Assembly: GCA_021805865.1 (NCBI GenBank)
Contig: JAJZDX010000011.1
Coordinates: forward strand, 1,082-65,081
Direction: 5' to 3'
Length of the DNA stretch: 64,000 nucleotides
From: Pseudomonadota bacterium
GTDB taxonomy: Bacteria; Pseudomonadota; Gammaproteobacteria; Steroidobacterales; Steroidobacteraceae
Below the pieces are notes generated by a model. It was not told the DNA's origin, searched no databases, and saw only the letters and a program-made list of their open reading frames with translations. The stretch's first letter is position 1. Each line of letters opens with the position of its first letter. This document shows positions 1-9,646 of the stretch, piece by piece. Position numbers and translations under genes: made by a program.

Positions 1-2
1 AT

Positions 3-722
3 TCGCCGGAATTTCTGCAATCTCTGCAGACGCAGGGAGAAACCTTTGTGGCGGACATCCACTCGGATCGACACATCTATTTGACCGATCCGGCTCCGTA
101 TCTGCCGCCACAGGGCCTCGGTCCACCGCGCGTGCGTCATCACAGCGATGCGCAAGCAGTCGAGGTGCGAAAGTGGGTGAAGAAGCAACCCGCGTCCGCC
201 TGGCGCAGAAAGACCCTCCGGAGCGCCACGATGGGAAAGTTGACTGTCGAAGTGCTGCATCGAAGAGTATGGCAGTGGGGCAAGCGCGTCCCGACGGAGC
301 ACTGTTGACATTTGATTGTTCGCCGATAACTCGAACCTCCAGGCACTGTCAAATACAGCCTGAGCAACGCTCAGGCTCAGACGAGCGTTATAAAATTGAC
401 GCGTATGTTGGCGCAGCGTTTCTGGATTGAGCGAGCGTTTCAGGATGCCAAAAGTCATATTGTGGTGGCGCAGTATCAAGCTTGCTAATGGCAGTTTTGG
501 CATCGCCAAATGGCTCTGGTCATGATGGATATGCTGTTCATGCTCGAGGAGCGACTCGGGCATGACGGCACACACCCGCTGCTGAGCTGTTACGACATCC
601 AGATTTTTCTTGCGACCACATTACCGGAGCGCCGCCTCAGCCAAGAAGATGTGATAAGACAGATGCGCATTCAACACCAACAGCGACAGGTGCTGATAGA
701 TGCCGCCAATCTCGGTACGTAG
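3..722 (+). pseudogene. IS701-family DDE transposase, C-terminal remnant (cut by window start, three in-frame stops)
   Basis: One frame (phase of nt 3) reads FLQSLQTQGETFVADIHSDRHIYL..VEVLHRRVWQWGK..KYSLSNA..RFWIERAFQDAKSHI..AQYQA.*WQFWHRQMALVMMDMLFMLEERL, the conserved C-terminal block I recognise from IS701-like transposases. In-frame TGA 306-308, TAA 327-329, TAA 486-488. Confidence 0.7.
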
Positions 723-866
723 CGTAAGTCATTGAACCACGTGCGTTTCAACGTGACAAAGTGGAACTATTGTCCACCAATTTAATGTTGGGTCATCAAA
801 GTTACGCACAAATACAGCAAGGGGTACCGTAAGAAAACACCACCCGAGTCCACGAATAGGTCGGGC

Positions 867-3107
867 TCATGGCGTATTCCTATGTGCTTTGTGCGCTCGC
901 GCACGATGCGCCGATTGCATTTTCCACGCTTGCTGGACCAAATACGCCTGAATGTCTTGGACGTCAGCGCGTGTCAGTTCGTTGTTAAAGCGGCCCATGC
1001 CCTTTGATTGCAGGGCACCGTGCAGCACGATGGCATAAATGGCCGGGCTCAAGGCAGCTGAGGAACGGCGCAAATCGGGCAACTCTCCCCGACCAAATAC
1101 GTGGCACCGAGAGCAATATCCATTGTAGAGCACCTCACCGTGTACGACCTGCTGTGCGGTTCCCGCACGCGCCGGCAGCGCCGGCAGCGGGCCAGGGCGG
1201 AACGGCGCCGGTTTGGGAGTGCGACCGCCTCCGAGGCGAAACGTGACGATGCGGTCCGCATTGCCGAATCGGTAGGCCGCGCTGGTCTTTGGAAACGGCA
1301 TGGAGATCATTGCGCCACCGTAGCCGGCCATCACCGAGACGTATTGCACCCCTCCGACGCGGTAGGTCATGGGTGCGGCCATGATCGACGTCCCGACGTC
1401 GATGCGCTTGAGGAATTTGCCCGTATCCGCGGCATAAACATTAAGGTAGCCGTCTGCGTCGCCTTGAAACACCAAATTGCCACCAGTCGAGAGAATCCCC
1501 CCATCCCAATAGGTTGCAGTTTGCCGTCGCCAAACGACTTTACCCGTCATCGGCTTGACCGCCTCGATCAAGCCGCGTGCGACGGGAGCGGGACCACCGC
1601 GTGCGAGATCGCGGAGCGGTGGTAATGGACCATAAAGACTCTCCAGTTCCTTCGGCAAGTAGTCCTTGGGGAAGAAGTACGTCGCCTGAAAATCGACCTT
1701 GACGCCTCCCGCCGGGCTATGAACCGTACTGGCGTATACCGTCGGCGAGTCGATGACGGGAATATAGACAACGCCCGTCTTCGGGTCGAACGACATCGGC
1801 TGCCAACTGTGCCCGCCAAGGGCGCCGGGCCAAACGAGCACTGGGTGCTCGGTCCAATCGATTGAGGGTCTTTGTATCGGCTCATGAGTCTTGGGATTCA
1901 GACCCTTGGTCCAATTGACGTACATAAATCGCCTGCCGGAAAGGAGCTGTCCCGTGGAGCGATCGAGTACATACAGGAATCCATCCTTGCTCGCCTGCAT
2001 GATGACCCGGCGCGGATGCCCATCGACCTTCAGTCGCGCCAACACCAAGGGATTGCAGGCATCATAGTCAAACCCTTCCGCCGGCACCTCCTGGTAATAC
2101 CAAGCCATTTTCCCGGTATCCGCATGAACCGCGATAATCGACGCTGCATAGAGCTCATCGCCGTACTTTTTCGGATTCATCGAGCCGTGATAGGGCAAAG
2201 CGTTAGCCGTGCCGAAATACACGAGATGAAGCTTCGGATCGTACGCAAGGCCATCCCACACCCCCGCGCCTCCGCCGATCGCCCAATCATAATCGGACGG
2301 CCAGGTCTTCACGGCCTCCCGCAAGTGCGCTTGATCTTGGGGGCCAAGCTTCGGATTCCGCGGAACGGTGTAAAAGCGCCAGCGGAGCTTTCCTCCCGCG
2401 AGCGAATAGGCTGAGACGGATCCCCGCACTCCCTTGAAATCCGACCCGCCGAAGCCAATGACGACCACGTTGCCCGCAATGATCGGCGCTCCTCCCGCGT
2501 AGTAGTGCGCGCCAGGTACGTGACGCGGAAGAGACTGCACACGCCAGATCACCCGGCCCGTGCGCGCATCGAGGGCGTACAGAAAGCCGTTCAAGCTGAC
2601 CACGTAGACACGGCCCTTCCAGACCGCCACACCCCGGTTCACGACGTCGCAACACGCATATTTCCCGTAACCACCGGGCACATGCGGGTCAAATTTCCAC
2701 AGCAACCTGCCCGTCGCCGCATCGAGTGCATAGACATATCCCCAGGGACCGGAGGTATACATCACGCCGTCAACGACGATCGGTGTAGCCTCGAGCCCTC
2801 TGCGCATACCGAGCTTATACTGCCACGCGAACCCCAGATGCGTGACGTCCGTCGCATTGACTTCATGAAGCGGCGAATAATACGTCTGGCCGAAATCCCG
2901 GCCGGCGGTGAACCACTGACCCGGCTCACGCACCGCGTTCGTGAGTCGCGCAGTGTCAACCCAGCCGGGCGGTGCTGCACGCTTTGCAGGCGACGCAGTG
3001 GCCATTGTACCAACAGCAATCAGATAGAACACGCCGATCGGCGCGACGAAAATCCACCGGTACTTGTAAAAAGAACCCAAGTGATCCCCTTTCCGACAAT
3101 GAAGCAT
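867..3107 (-). CDS. Quinohemoprotein (PQQ + haem c) alcohol dehydrogenase, type II
   Basis: 766-aa ORF. Signal-like N-terminus (WIFVAPIGVFYLIAVGTMATASPA). PQQ propeller hallmarks include the vicinal Cys pair (KYACCDVVNRGVAVW). C-terminal cytochrome c domain has a CSRCH haem motif. Start ambiguous (ATG 3107 chosen; ORF opens at 3167). Confidence 0.85.
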   Translation of the reverse strand: MLHCRKGDHLGSFYKYRWIFVAPIGVFYLIAVGTMATASPAKRAAPPGWVDTARLTNAVREPGQWFTAGRDFGQTYYSPLHEVNATDVTHLGFAWQYKLGMRRGLEATPIVVDGVMYTSGPWGYVYALDAATGRLLWKFDPHVPGGYGKYACCDVVNRGVAVWKGRVYVVSLNGFLYALDARTGRVIWRVQSLPRHVPGAHYYAGGAPIIAGNVVVIGFGGSDFKGVRGSVSAYSLAGGKLRWRFYTVPRNPKLGPQDQAHLREAVKTWPSDYDWAIGGGAGVWDGLAYDPKLHLVYFGTANALPYHGSMNPKKYGDELYAASIIAVHADTGKMAWYYQEVPAEGFDYDACNPLVLARLKVDGHPRRVIMQASKDGFLYVLDRSTGQLLSGRRFMYVNWTKGLNPKTHEPIQRPSIDWTEHPVLVWPGALGGHSWQPMSFDPKTGVVYIPVIDSPTVYASTVHSPAGGVKVDFQATYFFPKDYLPKELESLYGPLPPLRDLARGGPAPVARGLIEAVKPMTGKVVWRRQTATYWDGGILSTGGNLVFQGDADGYLNVYAADTGKFLKRIDVGTSIMAAPMTYRVGGVQYVSVMAGYGGAMISMPFPKTSAAYRFGNADRIVTFRLGGGRTPKPAPFRPGPLPALPARAGTAQQVVHGEVLYNGYCSRCHVFGRGELPDLRRSSAALSPAIYAIVLHGALQSKGMGRFNNELTRADVQDIQAYLVQQAWKMQSAHRARAHKAHRNTP

Positions 3108-3411
3108 CGGAATTAGTAACTTGATCGAAAGTATTTTTTGCATGCTAAGGATGAATGTCAGCGCCAATGACCTGTCGCAGCCTACCGGATCTCCCGCTCG
3201 GCATGATCACCGCACCTTCACCTCATCAGACCGAACACGGCTTGGCTTTCGGAAGAGTCGTCCCAACCGTTCCGATCAAGACTACACACCGGTCATCACG
3301 ACGAAGGGCGATCCAAACCGATGCGAGCGATCGCGGATACGATGGAACCACGCCGTTTTTCCTCCCCTTTACGCTCTCCAGAAACGATCAATTCCGCATG
3401 CCTTGATGAGA

Positions 3412-6081
3412 TCAGAAGTCGCGCCGGAGACTAAAGCCAATAGTCATCGGTTGATTCAACGACACCGCACGAGTATTCGGCAGGTTGGCCGCGTAGGAAT
3501 TCGGCAGAGCCGTTTCCGCGTGCTTGTTGAAGAGATTGTTCACAAACAACGCGATCTGCCAAGCCGCGGTGTTGACACCCACTCGGAAATTGGCCAGCGT
3601 GTATCCCCCCGTGGCATAATAGATGCTCGTCGGCACGAAGTTGTTGTACTGCCTGCTGCTCGTGTTCAGGTCGAAGTGCAGAAAGCCTCCCACGCCGGGA
3701 CGAATGCGCGCGTGATAATCAATGGACAGATTGCCCATCCATTTAGGGACATTCTCCAGTGGATCCCCCGGTGATCCCTGAGCGCCGGTGACCGTAGAGG
3801 TGATCTGGGCCTTAGTGAACGATCCGCTCATCGAGACCAGCAAGTGGCGGTTGACGGCGTACCGCAATTGCAGCTCCGCACCTTTACTGACGGCATTACC
3901 GAAATTCCCAGTGAACTCGAATCCGCAGGTCGGTAGAAGCACGAGCTGCTGGATGTGGCTCCACTTCATGTAGTAGACGGAAGAATCTACGCTCAATCCC
4001 CAGGCGTCCGAGGTCAGCTTCTCGCCGGCCTCATAGTCCCAGAGGGAATCCGGTCCATATGAGGTGGGTGATGCGTTTAAACCAATGGCATGCAGATCCG
4101 CCGCGCAAAGCGCCGGCAAGGGAGTGGAGGCTGCTCCCGGCCTGAAGCCCTTGGCCGCGCTCACGTACACCATGGCTTCGTGTGTCACGTGATAGCTAAG
4201 CTCCACCTTTGGCGTACTTCCCTGCTCCCGAGCAAAATGTTTCTGCGGACTACCGACCGGCCCCCCATTGTATACGCCATTGCCATACGCACTGTAGGCG
4301 TCGTTGTGCCGAAACACACGATCACCCAGAATCAGGTGCAATCCTTGCGTAATCCCTATGTTGAATTGCCCGAACGCCGCCATATCCTCGGTGCGGTCCT
4401 CGGAGACCCAGGAAAAAAACGACGGCAGGGATCCGAACGGAGTCCCGAATGCGGCATTGTATCCCGATGGGAATGGCATCATATAGTACGACGGCGCGTC
4501 GCTGTGTGCGTAGTAGACGCCGAGCAGTCCGCGCACCCGGCCCACAGTCGCCCTCGCCCGCATCTCTTCGGTGAACTGCTTGAGGTGAAAATCATTCCAG
4601 AATGGCGACGGATATACATACGACTGCAGAGGCGAGAAATAGTAGTAGTTCACCTTCGACTCGTCTTCTACGACCTGAAAGAAGTTATCGTAGTAGGACG
4701 TGTCGGAAACAAGATGCACACGCCCGAAATGCGCATGGATCGGCAGTGCGACCAGGGTGAATTGGTTGGTCGACGGTTCATTGGCATCGCGTATCTGTAC
4801 TGGATGATCGAACGACCCCGGCGGCGCGTCGAATGTGAACGGAGCGCCCAGCATGGTTCGCTGATACATCACCCATGGCGTGAGCGTCAGGGACGGCAGC
4901 GGCTTATATTCAAGTGCGACACGTATGGAGGTCGTCGAGTCGGTGTTGACATTTTTGGCCACCGGTCCAATGGGGTTGGCCTCGAGAATGTTTGTTGGAT
5001 CGATCGAACGACGATTTATATAGCCGGAATAATTCTGGTAGACCGCGCTCGCCCTTACGGCAACGGACGAGCTTACCGGAATGTTGATCATTCCGTCGAA
5101 TTCGTTGTTGAGACTGCCGCCGTCGGTATAGGACGGTATCTCCTGCATGGCCGCTTTGAATTTCCCCAAATCCGGCTGGTTTGTGATATACCGGATGGTG
5201 CCTCCCATGGAACTGGCGCCGTACAGGGTGCCCTGCGGACCTTCGAGCACCTCGACGCGGTTGAGATCAAAGAGGACCGGATCAGGATCGAAGCCAAATA
5301 CCCCAATGGTCGGTATGGGAGTGTCGTCTATATAAAACCCGACAGTTGGTTGACTTCCGCCTGCTGACGAAATGCCGCGAAGATTGATGATGTTCTGCCC
5401 CGGAGCGACGCTCATGACTGAGAGCCCGGGAACCAAGCGACCGATGTCAGCGAGCGTCGTTGCTCCCGAATCCTGCAGCTGGGCTGCGGACAGCGCGACG
5501 ATGCTCATGGGAACGTTTTGGATGGATTCCGCCCGTTTTTCCGCTGTGACTATGATCTCCTGGAGGGTGGCCAACTCCTGATTTTCGGAATTCCGCGGTG
5601 CCGGCGTATGGGGGTCGGTGACTTTCGGGGGGGCATCATCCCTCATGGTTGTCCGAAACTTTCGCGGCGAAACTTTGTTCCTTTTTCTGGCGTTTCCGTC
5701 GCCGCGCGTACCGGAAGGCATTGGCATGTCGCCGGCCTTGGTCGACCGAATCGGCCTGATCGTAGCGGCCTCGTCCGAGCTGAACACCGCTTCCAGCCCG
5801 GTATTGCGCAGGAGCTCCTCGAGCGCAACATGTTTCTCAATCACTCCGTTGACAGAATTTCCCCGAACATTGCGCACGATGGCGTACTCATACAGCAGTT
5901 GCATGTGAGCCTGTTGTGCGAAGGCCTTCAGAGCAGACGGCAGGAGCTCAGCCTTAATCGCGAATCGCGCGCTATCTGCGCGCGCAAGCGTCGGCCAGAC
6001 AAGCGCAAGCCCTACGCAGCAGGTCAGCACGCGCACCAGTGTGATGATCGAATGTCCCCGTGGCATGTCGCCACCCCCCAT
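3412..6081 (-). CDS. TonB-dependent transducer (FecA-like receptor with N-terminal STN signalling domain)
   Basis: 889-aa ORF with a signal peptide. STN-like segment FAIKAELLPSALKAFAQQAHMQLLYEY..VALEELLRNTGLEAV. Plug motifs (VTAEKR..IQNVP, LRGISS), a long beta-barrel, and a terminal ..SLRRDF. Alternative start ATG 6066. Confidence 0.85.
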   Translation of the reverse strand: MGGGDMPRGHSIITLVRVLTCCVGLALVWPTLARADSARFAIKAELLPSALKAFAQQAHMQLLYEYAIVRNVRGNSVNGVIEKHVALEELLRNTGLEAVFSSDEAATIRPIRSTKAGDMPMPSGTRGDGNARKRNKVSPRKFRTTMRDDAPPKVTDPHTPAPRNSENQELATLQEIIVTAEKRAESIQNVPMSIVALSAAQLQDSGATTLADIGRLVPGLSVMSVAPGQNIINLRGISSAGGSQPTVGFYIDDTPIPTIGVFGFDPDPVLFDLNRVEVLEGPQGTLYGASSMGGTIRYITNQPDLGKFKAAMQEIPSYTDGGSLNNEFDGMINIPVSSSVAVRASAVYQNYSGYINRRSIDPTNILEANPIGPVAKNVNTDSTTSIRVALEYKPLPSLTLTPWVMYQRTMLGAPFTFDAPPGSFDHPVQIRDANEPSTNQFTLVALPIHAHFGRVHLVSDTSYYDNFFQVVEDESKVNYYYFSPLQSYVYPSPFWNDFHLKQFTEEMRARATVGRVRGLLGVYYAHSDAPSYYMMPFPSGYNAAFGTPFGSLPSFFSWVSEDRTEDMAAFGQFNIGITQGLHLILGDRVFRHNDAYSAYGNGVYNGGPVGSPQKHFAREQGSTPKVELSYHVTHEAMVYVSAAKGFRPGAASTPLPALCAADLHAIGLNASPTSYGPDSLWDYEAGEKLTSDAWGLSVDSSVYYMKWSHIQQLVLLPTCGFEFTGNFGNAVSKGAELQLRYAVNRHLLVSMSGSFTKAQITSTVTGAQGSPGDPLENVPKWMGNLSIDYHARIRPGVGGFLHFDLNTSSRQYNNFVPTSIYYATGGYTLANFRVGVNTAAWQIALFVNNLFNKHAETALPNSYAANLPNTRAVSLNQPMTIGFSLRRDF

Positions 6082-6131
6082 CTTTTGAGTCGGCTGTTTT
6101 ATACGACTCCGGGTAAGCGAAAAACCCCCAA

Positions 6132-7502
6132 GGGCAATGGTACTTACTTAACGGCAAGCGCGAGGAGCACCTGCCGGTAAGGCGTTGAAAGATATGGTGG
6201 AAAACCGGCTGGGATTGGTAGGATGTTGTTACCACACTTCCGGCCCACCAACCCCGAGGTCAGCCTTGAGAGATCGTAGTGCCGCTTTCAATCTCAGCAA
6301 CGTCAATCTCGCATCGGGTGGCAAGCTCAGCGCCTTCGGGCGGTGGACTTCTTCAACGTGCCCACCGGCCCGGAACTTCTGCAGAAAACTGAGGCGCTGC
6401 TGCCGGAGCACCGAAACCGAGAGTATCCTCCGACGGTGACGCTTGCGGTATTCTTGAAGCAAGCCTTGTCGCAGGACCGCTCGTGCCAGAGAGCCGTCGA
6501 TGACTGGATCGCTCAATGCGTGGCCGAAGGACTCAAGCCCCCGAGCTCGCGCACGGGTGGCTACAGCAGAGCGCGCGGGCGGCTGCCGACGGCAATCGTC
6601 ACGGCGCTCACTCACGCGACCGGGGAGTTGCTTTGCGGTCAGTCGCCGGCAGGCTGGCGCTGGAGGGGCTGGGTAGCGAAGCTCGGCGACGGCACCGGGC
6701 TCTCGATGCCGGATACGGCAGAGAACCAAGCTCGCTATCCGCAACCGTCCAGCCAGGCAGAAGGAGTGGGCTTTCCGCTGATGAGGCTGACTCGAGTGAT
6801 CTACCTCTCGACCGGCGCGGTACTGGACGTGGCGATGGGACCCCACGCGGGCAAAGGCAGCAGCGAGCGCCTCGGCGCTCGCGAGCATATCGTGCGCTGG
6901 GAGAAGCCGGAAACCCGGCCAGAATGGATGAGTCAGCAGGAATATCGGGCCTTTCCGCCGCAGCTGATTGTGCGGGAGGTGAAGATGGGCGGTCGCGTGC
7001 AGGTGACCAGCATGCACGATCCGCGCAAGGCACCCAAACGCGAGCCCGTCAAGCTCTACGAGCGCAGATGAAACGTCGAGTTCGACTTTCGCAATATCAA
7101 AACGACGCTGGGCGTGAAGGTATTGAGTTGAAAGACTCCGTCGATGTGCGAGAAGGAACTCTGGGTTTACTTGCTCGCCTACAATCTGACCCGTCTCCTG
7201 ATGGCGCAGGCGGCGCTGCAAACCGATGTGCATCCGCGTCAGATGCGCGTCAAGCATACGGTGCAGCTGTGGACCGAATGGGTGGCTCGGGGCCTAGCCG
7301 GCCTGACCGCCAGCCACAGCGACAATCTCTTCCGTGTGATCGTTCAGCGGAAGGTAGGCCACCGCCCGGATCGAATAGAGTCGCGGGCACGAAAACGACG
7401 CCCAAAATCGTACCAGTGGCTGAAGGTACCTCGCGTGAAAGCGCGGCGGCAGGTGCGTTTGTATGGCTATCTTCCAAACGTTTCACCTTAGTGCCATTGC
7501 CC
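6132..7502 (+). mobile_element. Decayed IS4-family insertion sequence with intact terminal inverted repeats
   Basis: Terminal IRs GGGCAATGGTACT (6132-6144) and AGTGCCATTGCCC (7490-7502), 12/13 complementary. The interior encodes a broken IS4-type transposase. No target-site duplication recognised. Confidence 0.7.
6343..7491 (+). pseudogene. IS4-family transposase pseudogene (frameshift plus missing catalytic core)
   Basis: ORF 6343-7071 (..GDGTGLSMPDTAENQARYPQPSSQAEGVGFPLMRL..LYERR) and ORF 7144-7491 (KELWVYLLAYNLTRLLMAQAA..HPRQMRVKHTVQLW) align in order to E. coli IS4 transposase as I recall it. The linking NVEFDFRNIKTTLG lies in another frame. The region between the first D block and the YREK block is much too short. 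Confidence 0.7.
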
Positions 7503-7521
7503 ATAAGGCGGCGATGTCTGC

Positions 7522-8586
7522 TCAGTGAGCGGTATCGTGGGCGGGCTGAATGATGACCCTGCCAGCCTCACGGTGCACGGTGAGCCCCAATCCCTGATTG
7601 AGCATGAGGAGAAACGTTTCGACACCCCGCGGACTTGCCTCGAAGGTGCCCGCCACGGGCAGCTCCCGAAGGCGCTCTCCGGATATCACCAGATGCAACT
7701 GCGTGTAGCGGCTGAGCTCTTCCGCGACTTCGGACAAGGGCGCGTTCTCAAAGTATAGAATCCGCGCGTGCCACGAGATTGCGTCGGCAAGCTCCGTGCG
7801 ATCGACCTGGCTGATTTTGACGGTCGTTCCAGATACCTCAGCCTGATGCCCAGCAGTCAGCACCGAAATCGCTGTTGCATGAGCCAGTAGTGCGTCGTGG
7901 AACGGAACCTCTTGAAGCAATGTGGCTATCGTTCCCACCTTTACCGTTCCCCGACTCACGGTCACCTGCATGCCCGTAGCACTCAGCTGCACATTGAAGG
8001 CGGTGCCCACGTCGCGTACCCAGGAGTTGCCAGCAACGACCCAGAACGGCCACTGGGCGTTGTGCACCACCTTGAAAAATGCCTCACCGCGCTCCAGATG
8101 CACGATGCGATATCGTGTAGAGAAATTCACCCATGCACGACTGTCGCTGTCTAGTTCCAGCGTTGAGCCGTCGGGAAGCGATACCGTCGCGTGCTCTCCG
8201 ACGGCTGTCACGTATGTTCGTTCCGAGCGCCGACTGAGATAGCTGAATAAGATAAACCCGGCCAGTACACCGACCAGGGCTGCGGCCCACGCTAGACGAT
8301 AACGACGTCTTCGCGTGCGCGCCCGGCCTGCCTCGACGCAGGCAGCCCCCTCGTTCATCGACTGGCCAAATGCCACTGCGCTCACCAGAGGGCGCGCCGC
8401 GGCAAACCGGTCCCAGATTCGGGTGAGCTCCTCGAAGGTCCGTCGATGCAACGGATGAGCACTGCGCCACGCCTCGAACCGTGCCCGCTCCTCGGCCGTA
8501 ACATCGTCTGCGCCGAGACGCGCCATCCACGCTGTAGCCTCATGAAGGACTTGTCGCTTTTCAGGCATGCGACGAATGTCAGCCAT
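7522..8586 (-). CDS. FecR-family anti-sigma factor / transmembrane sensor
   Basis: 354 aa. N-terminal anti-sigma domain (EATAWMARL..FEAWRSAHPLHRRTFEEL), one TM helix (LAWAAALVGVLAGFILFSYL), periplasmic FecR domain. Sits 15 nt downstream of the ECF sigma gene. Confidence 0.85.
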   Translation of the reverse strand: MADIRRMPEKRQVLHEATAWMARLGADDVTAEERARFEAWRSAHPLHRRTFEELTRIWDRFAAARPLVSAVAFGQSMNEGAACVEAGRARTRRRRYRLAWAAALVGVLAGFILFSYLSRRSERTYVTAVGEHATVSLPDGSTLELDSDSRAWVNFSTRYRIVHLERGEAFFKVVHNAQWPFWVVAGNSWVRDVGTAFNVQLSATGMQVTVSRGTVKVGTIATLLQEVPFHDALLAHATAISVLTAGHQAEVSGTTVKISQVDRTELADAISWHARILYFENAPLSEVAEELSRYTQLHLVISGERLRELPVAGTFEASPRGVETFLLMLNQGLGLTVHREAGRVIIQPAHDTAH

Positions 8587-8601
8587 GACCGCTCGCCTCG
8601 C

Positions 8602-9105
8602 TCATTTCGGCTGTTTCTGGAGATATTCGAATATCTCGCGCAGAGCGCGAGCGATGTGATTTTCCACGGTCTTCGGCGCAATCCCCAAGCGCTCGGCAAT
8701 CTCCTTGTACGAATAGTCGTGAAAGATCCTAAGAGAAAAGACTGCACCACACTGGGGCGGAAGCCGCGCGACGGCTTGTTGCAAGAGACGCCGTTCCTCG
8801 TCGGCCATCGCTCGCTCCTCTGGACCGTCAAATGATTCGAATCCTAACGCCTCCAAATCCCCCACTGTTTCTGTTTTTTGCGTCTCCGTTGATCGGCGTG
8901 CACTCGACGCCAAGTTGCGCGCTGTCGTGAAGAGAAAGGCCCGCGGCGTATTCAGTCGCTCCGCGTTCTCATACGTACGCAGATATGCCTCCTGCACAAT
9001 CTCGTCGGCGGCATCGTCGGACGCGATGAGACGACGCACGTAGCCGCGTAACGCGCGCTGGCTACCGGTGTACAGTCGGCCGATCAGATCGTCTCGGGAG
9101 GACAT
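8602..9105 (-). CDS. ECF sigma-70 family sigma factor (FecI-like)
   Basis: Region 2 (DEIVQEAYLRTYEN) and region 4 HTH (SYKEIAERLGIAPKTVENHIARAL). Start taken at MSSRDD (9105); the ORF opens at 9177. Confidence 0.85.
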   Translation of the reverse strand: MSSRDDLIGRLYTGSQRALRGYVRRLIASDDAADEIVQEAYLRTYENAERLNTPRAFLFTTARNLASSARRSTETQKTETVGDLEALGFESFDGPEERAMADEERRLLQQAVARLPPQCGAVFSLRIFHDYSYKEIAERLGIAPKTVENHIARALREIFEYLQKQPK

Positions 9106-9281
9106 GAGGAACAGAATACGACCGACTCTGCCAAGTGGCAATTTAAATACCGACATTGGGGGTTTCCCGGCGCCCAAGCGTCACCGTCGGCCGGGTGTAG
9201 TATTCGGTCAGCGCTCTCAATCGGTTTTTTGGTTTTCAAGTACACCGGTGATTTGAAAGAGAATTCCGCCACACGATAGGC

Positions 9282-9300
9282 CATAATGACACGCATCATG
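9282..9300. promoter_or_regulatory. Candidate Fur box upstream of the ECF sigma gene
   Basis: CATAATGACACGCATCATG matches GATAATGATAATCATTATC at 13/19 positions by my count, about 180 nt upstream of the fecI-like start. Confidence 0.3.
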
Positions 9301-9646
9301 ACGATCGCCGTATCCCGGGCGCAGATCGCCAGAACTGAACCAGCCGCCGGCGAAAGACTCGGCTCGGAGGTAAGAAACTCATGATTGCCGCTCGGAAGTT
9401 GTACGCTATGAAGACGGGCGTTCGACAACGCTTCGTCTTCGTTACCCGCAGCAGCGTCCGGAAACTTTCCGCGCAAGGATGCACGGCCGCCACCACAGGC
9501 GGAGGGGAACCGGTCCGCCCCGTCTTGGTAAGATTTGCCAACATCCTGCTTTCCGGAGCAGGGTGAACGCGGTTCGCGGGAGGTGATCAGGAGAAAACCA
9601 TAAAGGGACGCCGGCAACCGACTCTGAACGCGGAATCGAGGTGATC

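Noticed and set aside
6781-6800. CTGATGAG word (hammerhead ribozyme core?)
   Set aside because: It lies inside the IS4 transposase coding frame (..PLMRL..). No matching GAAA/stem elements are nearby.
6229-7257. 342-aa ORF on the minus strand
   Set aside because: It is antisense to the IS4 transposase remnant, whose plus-strand frames carry the recognisable IS4 blocks.
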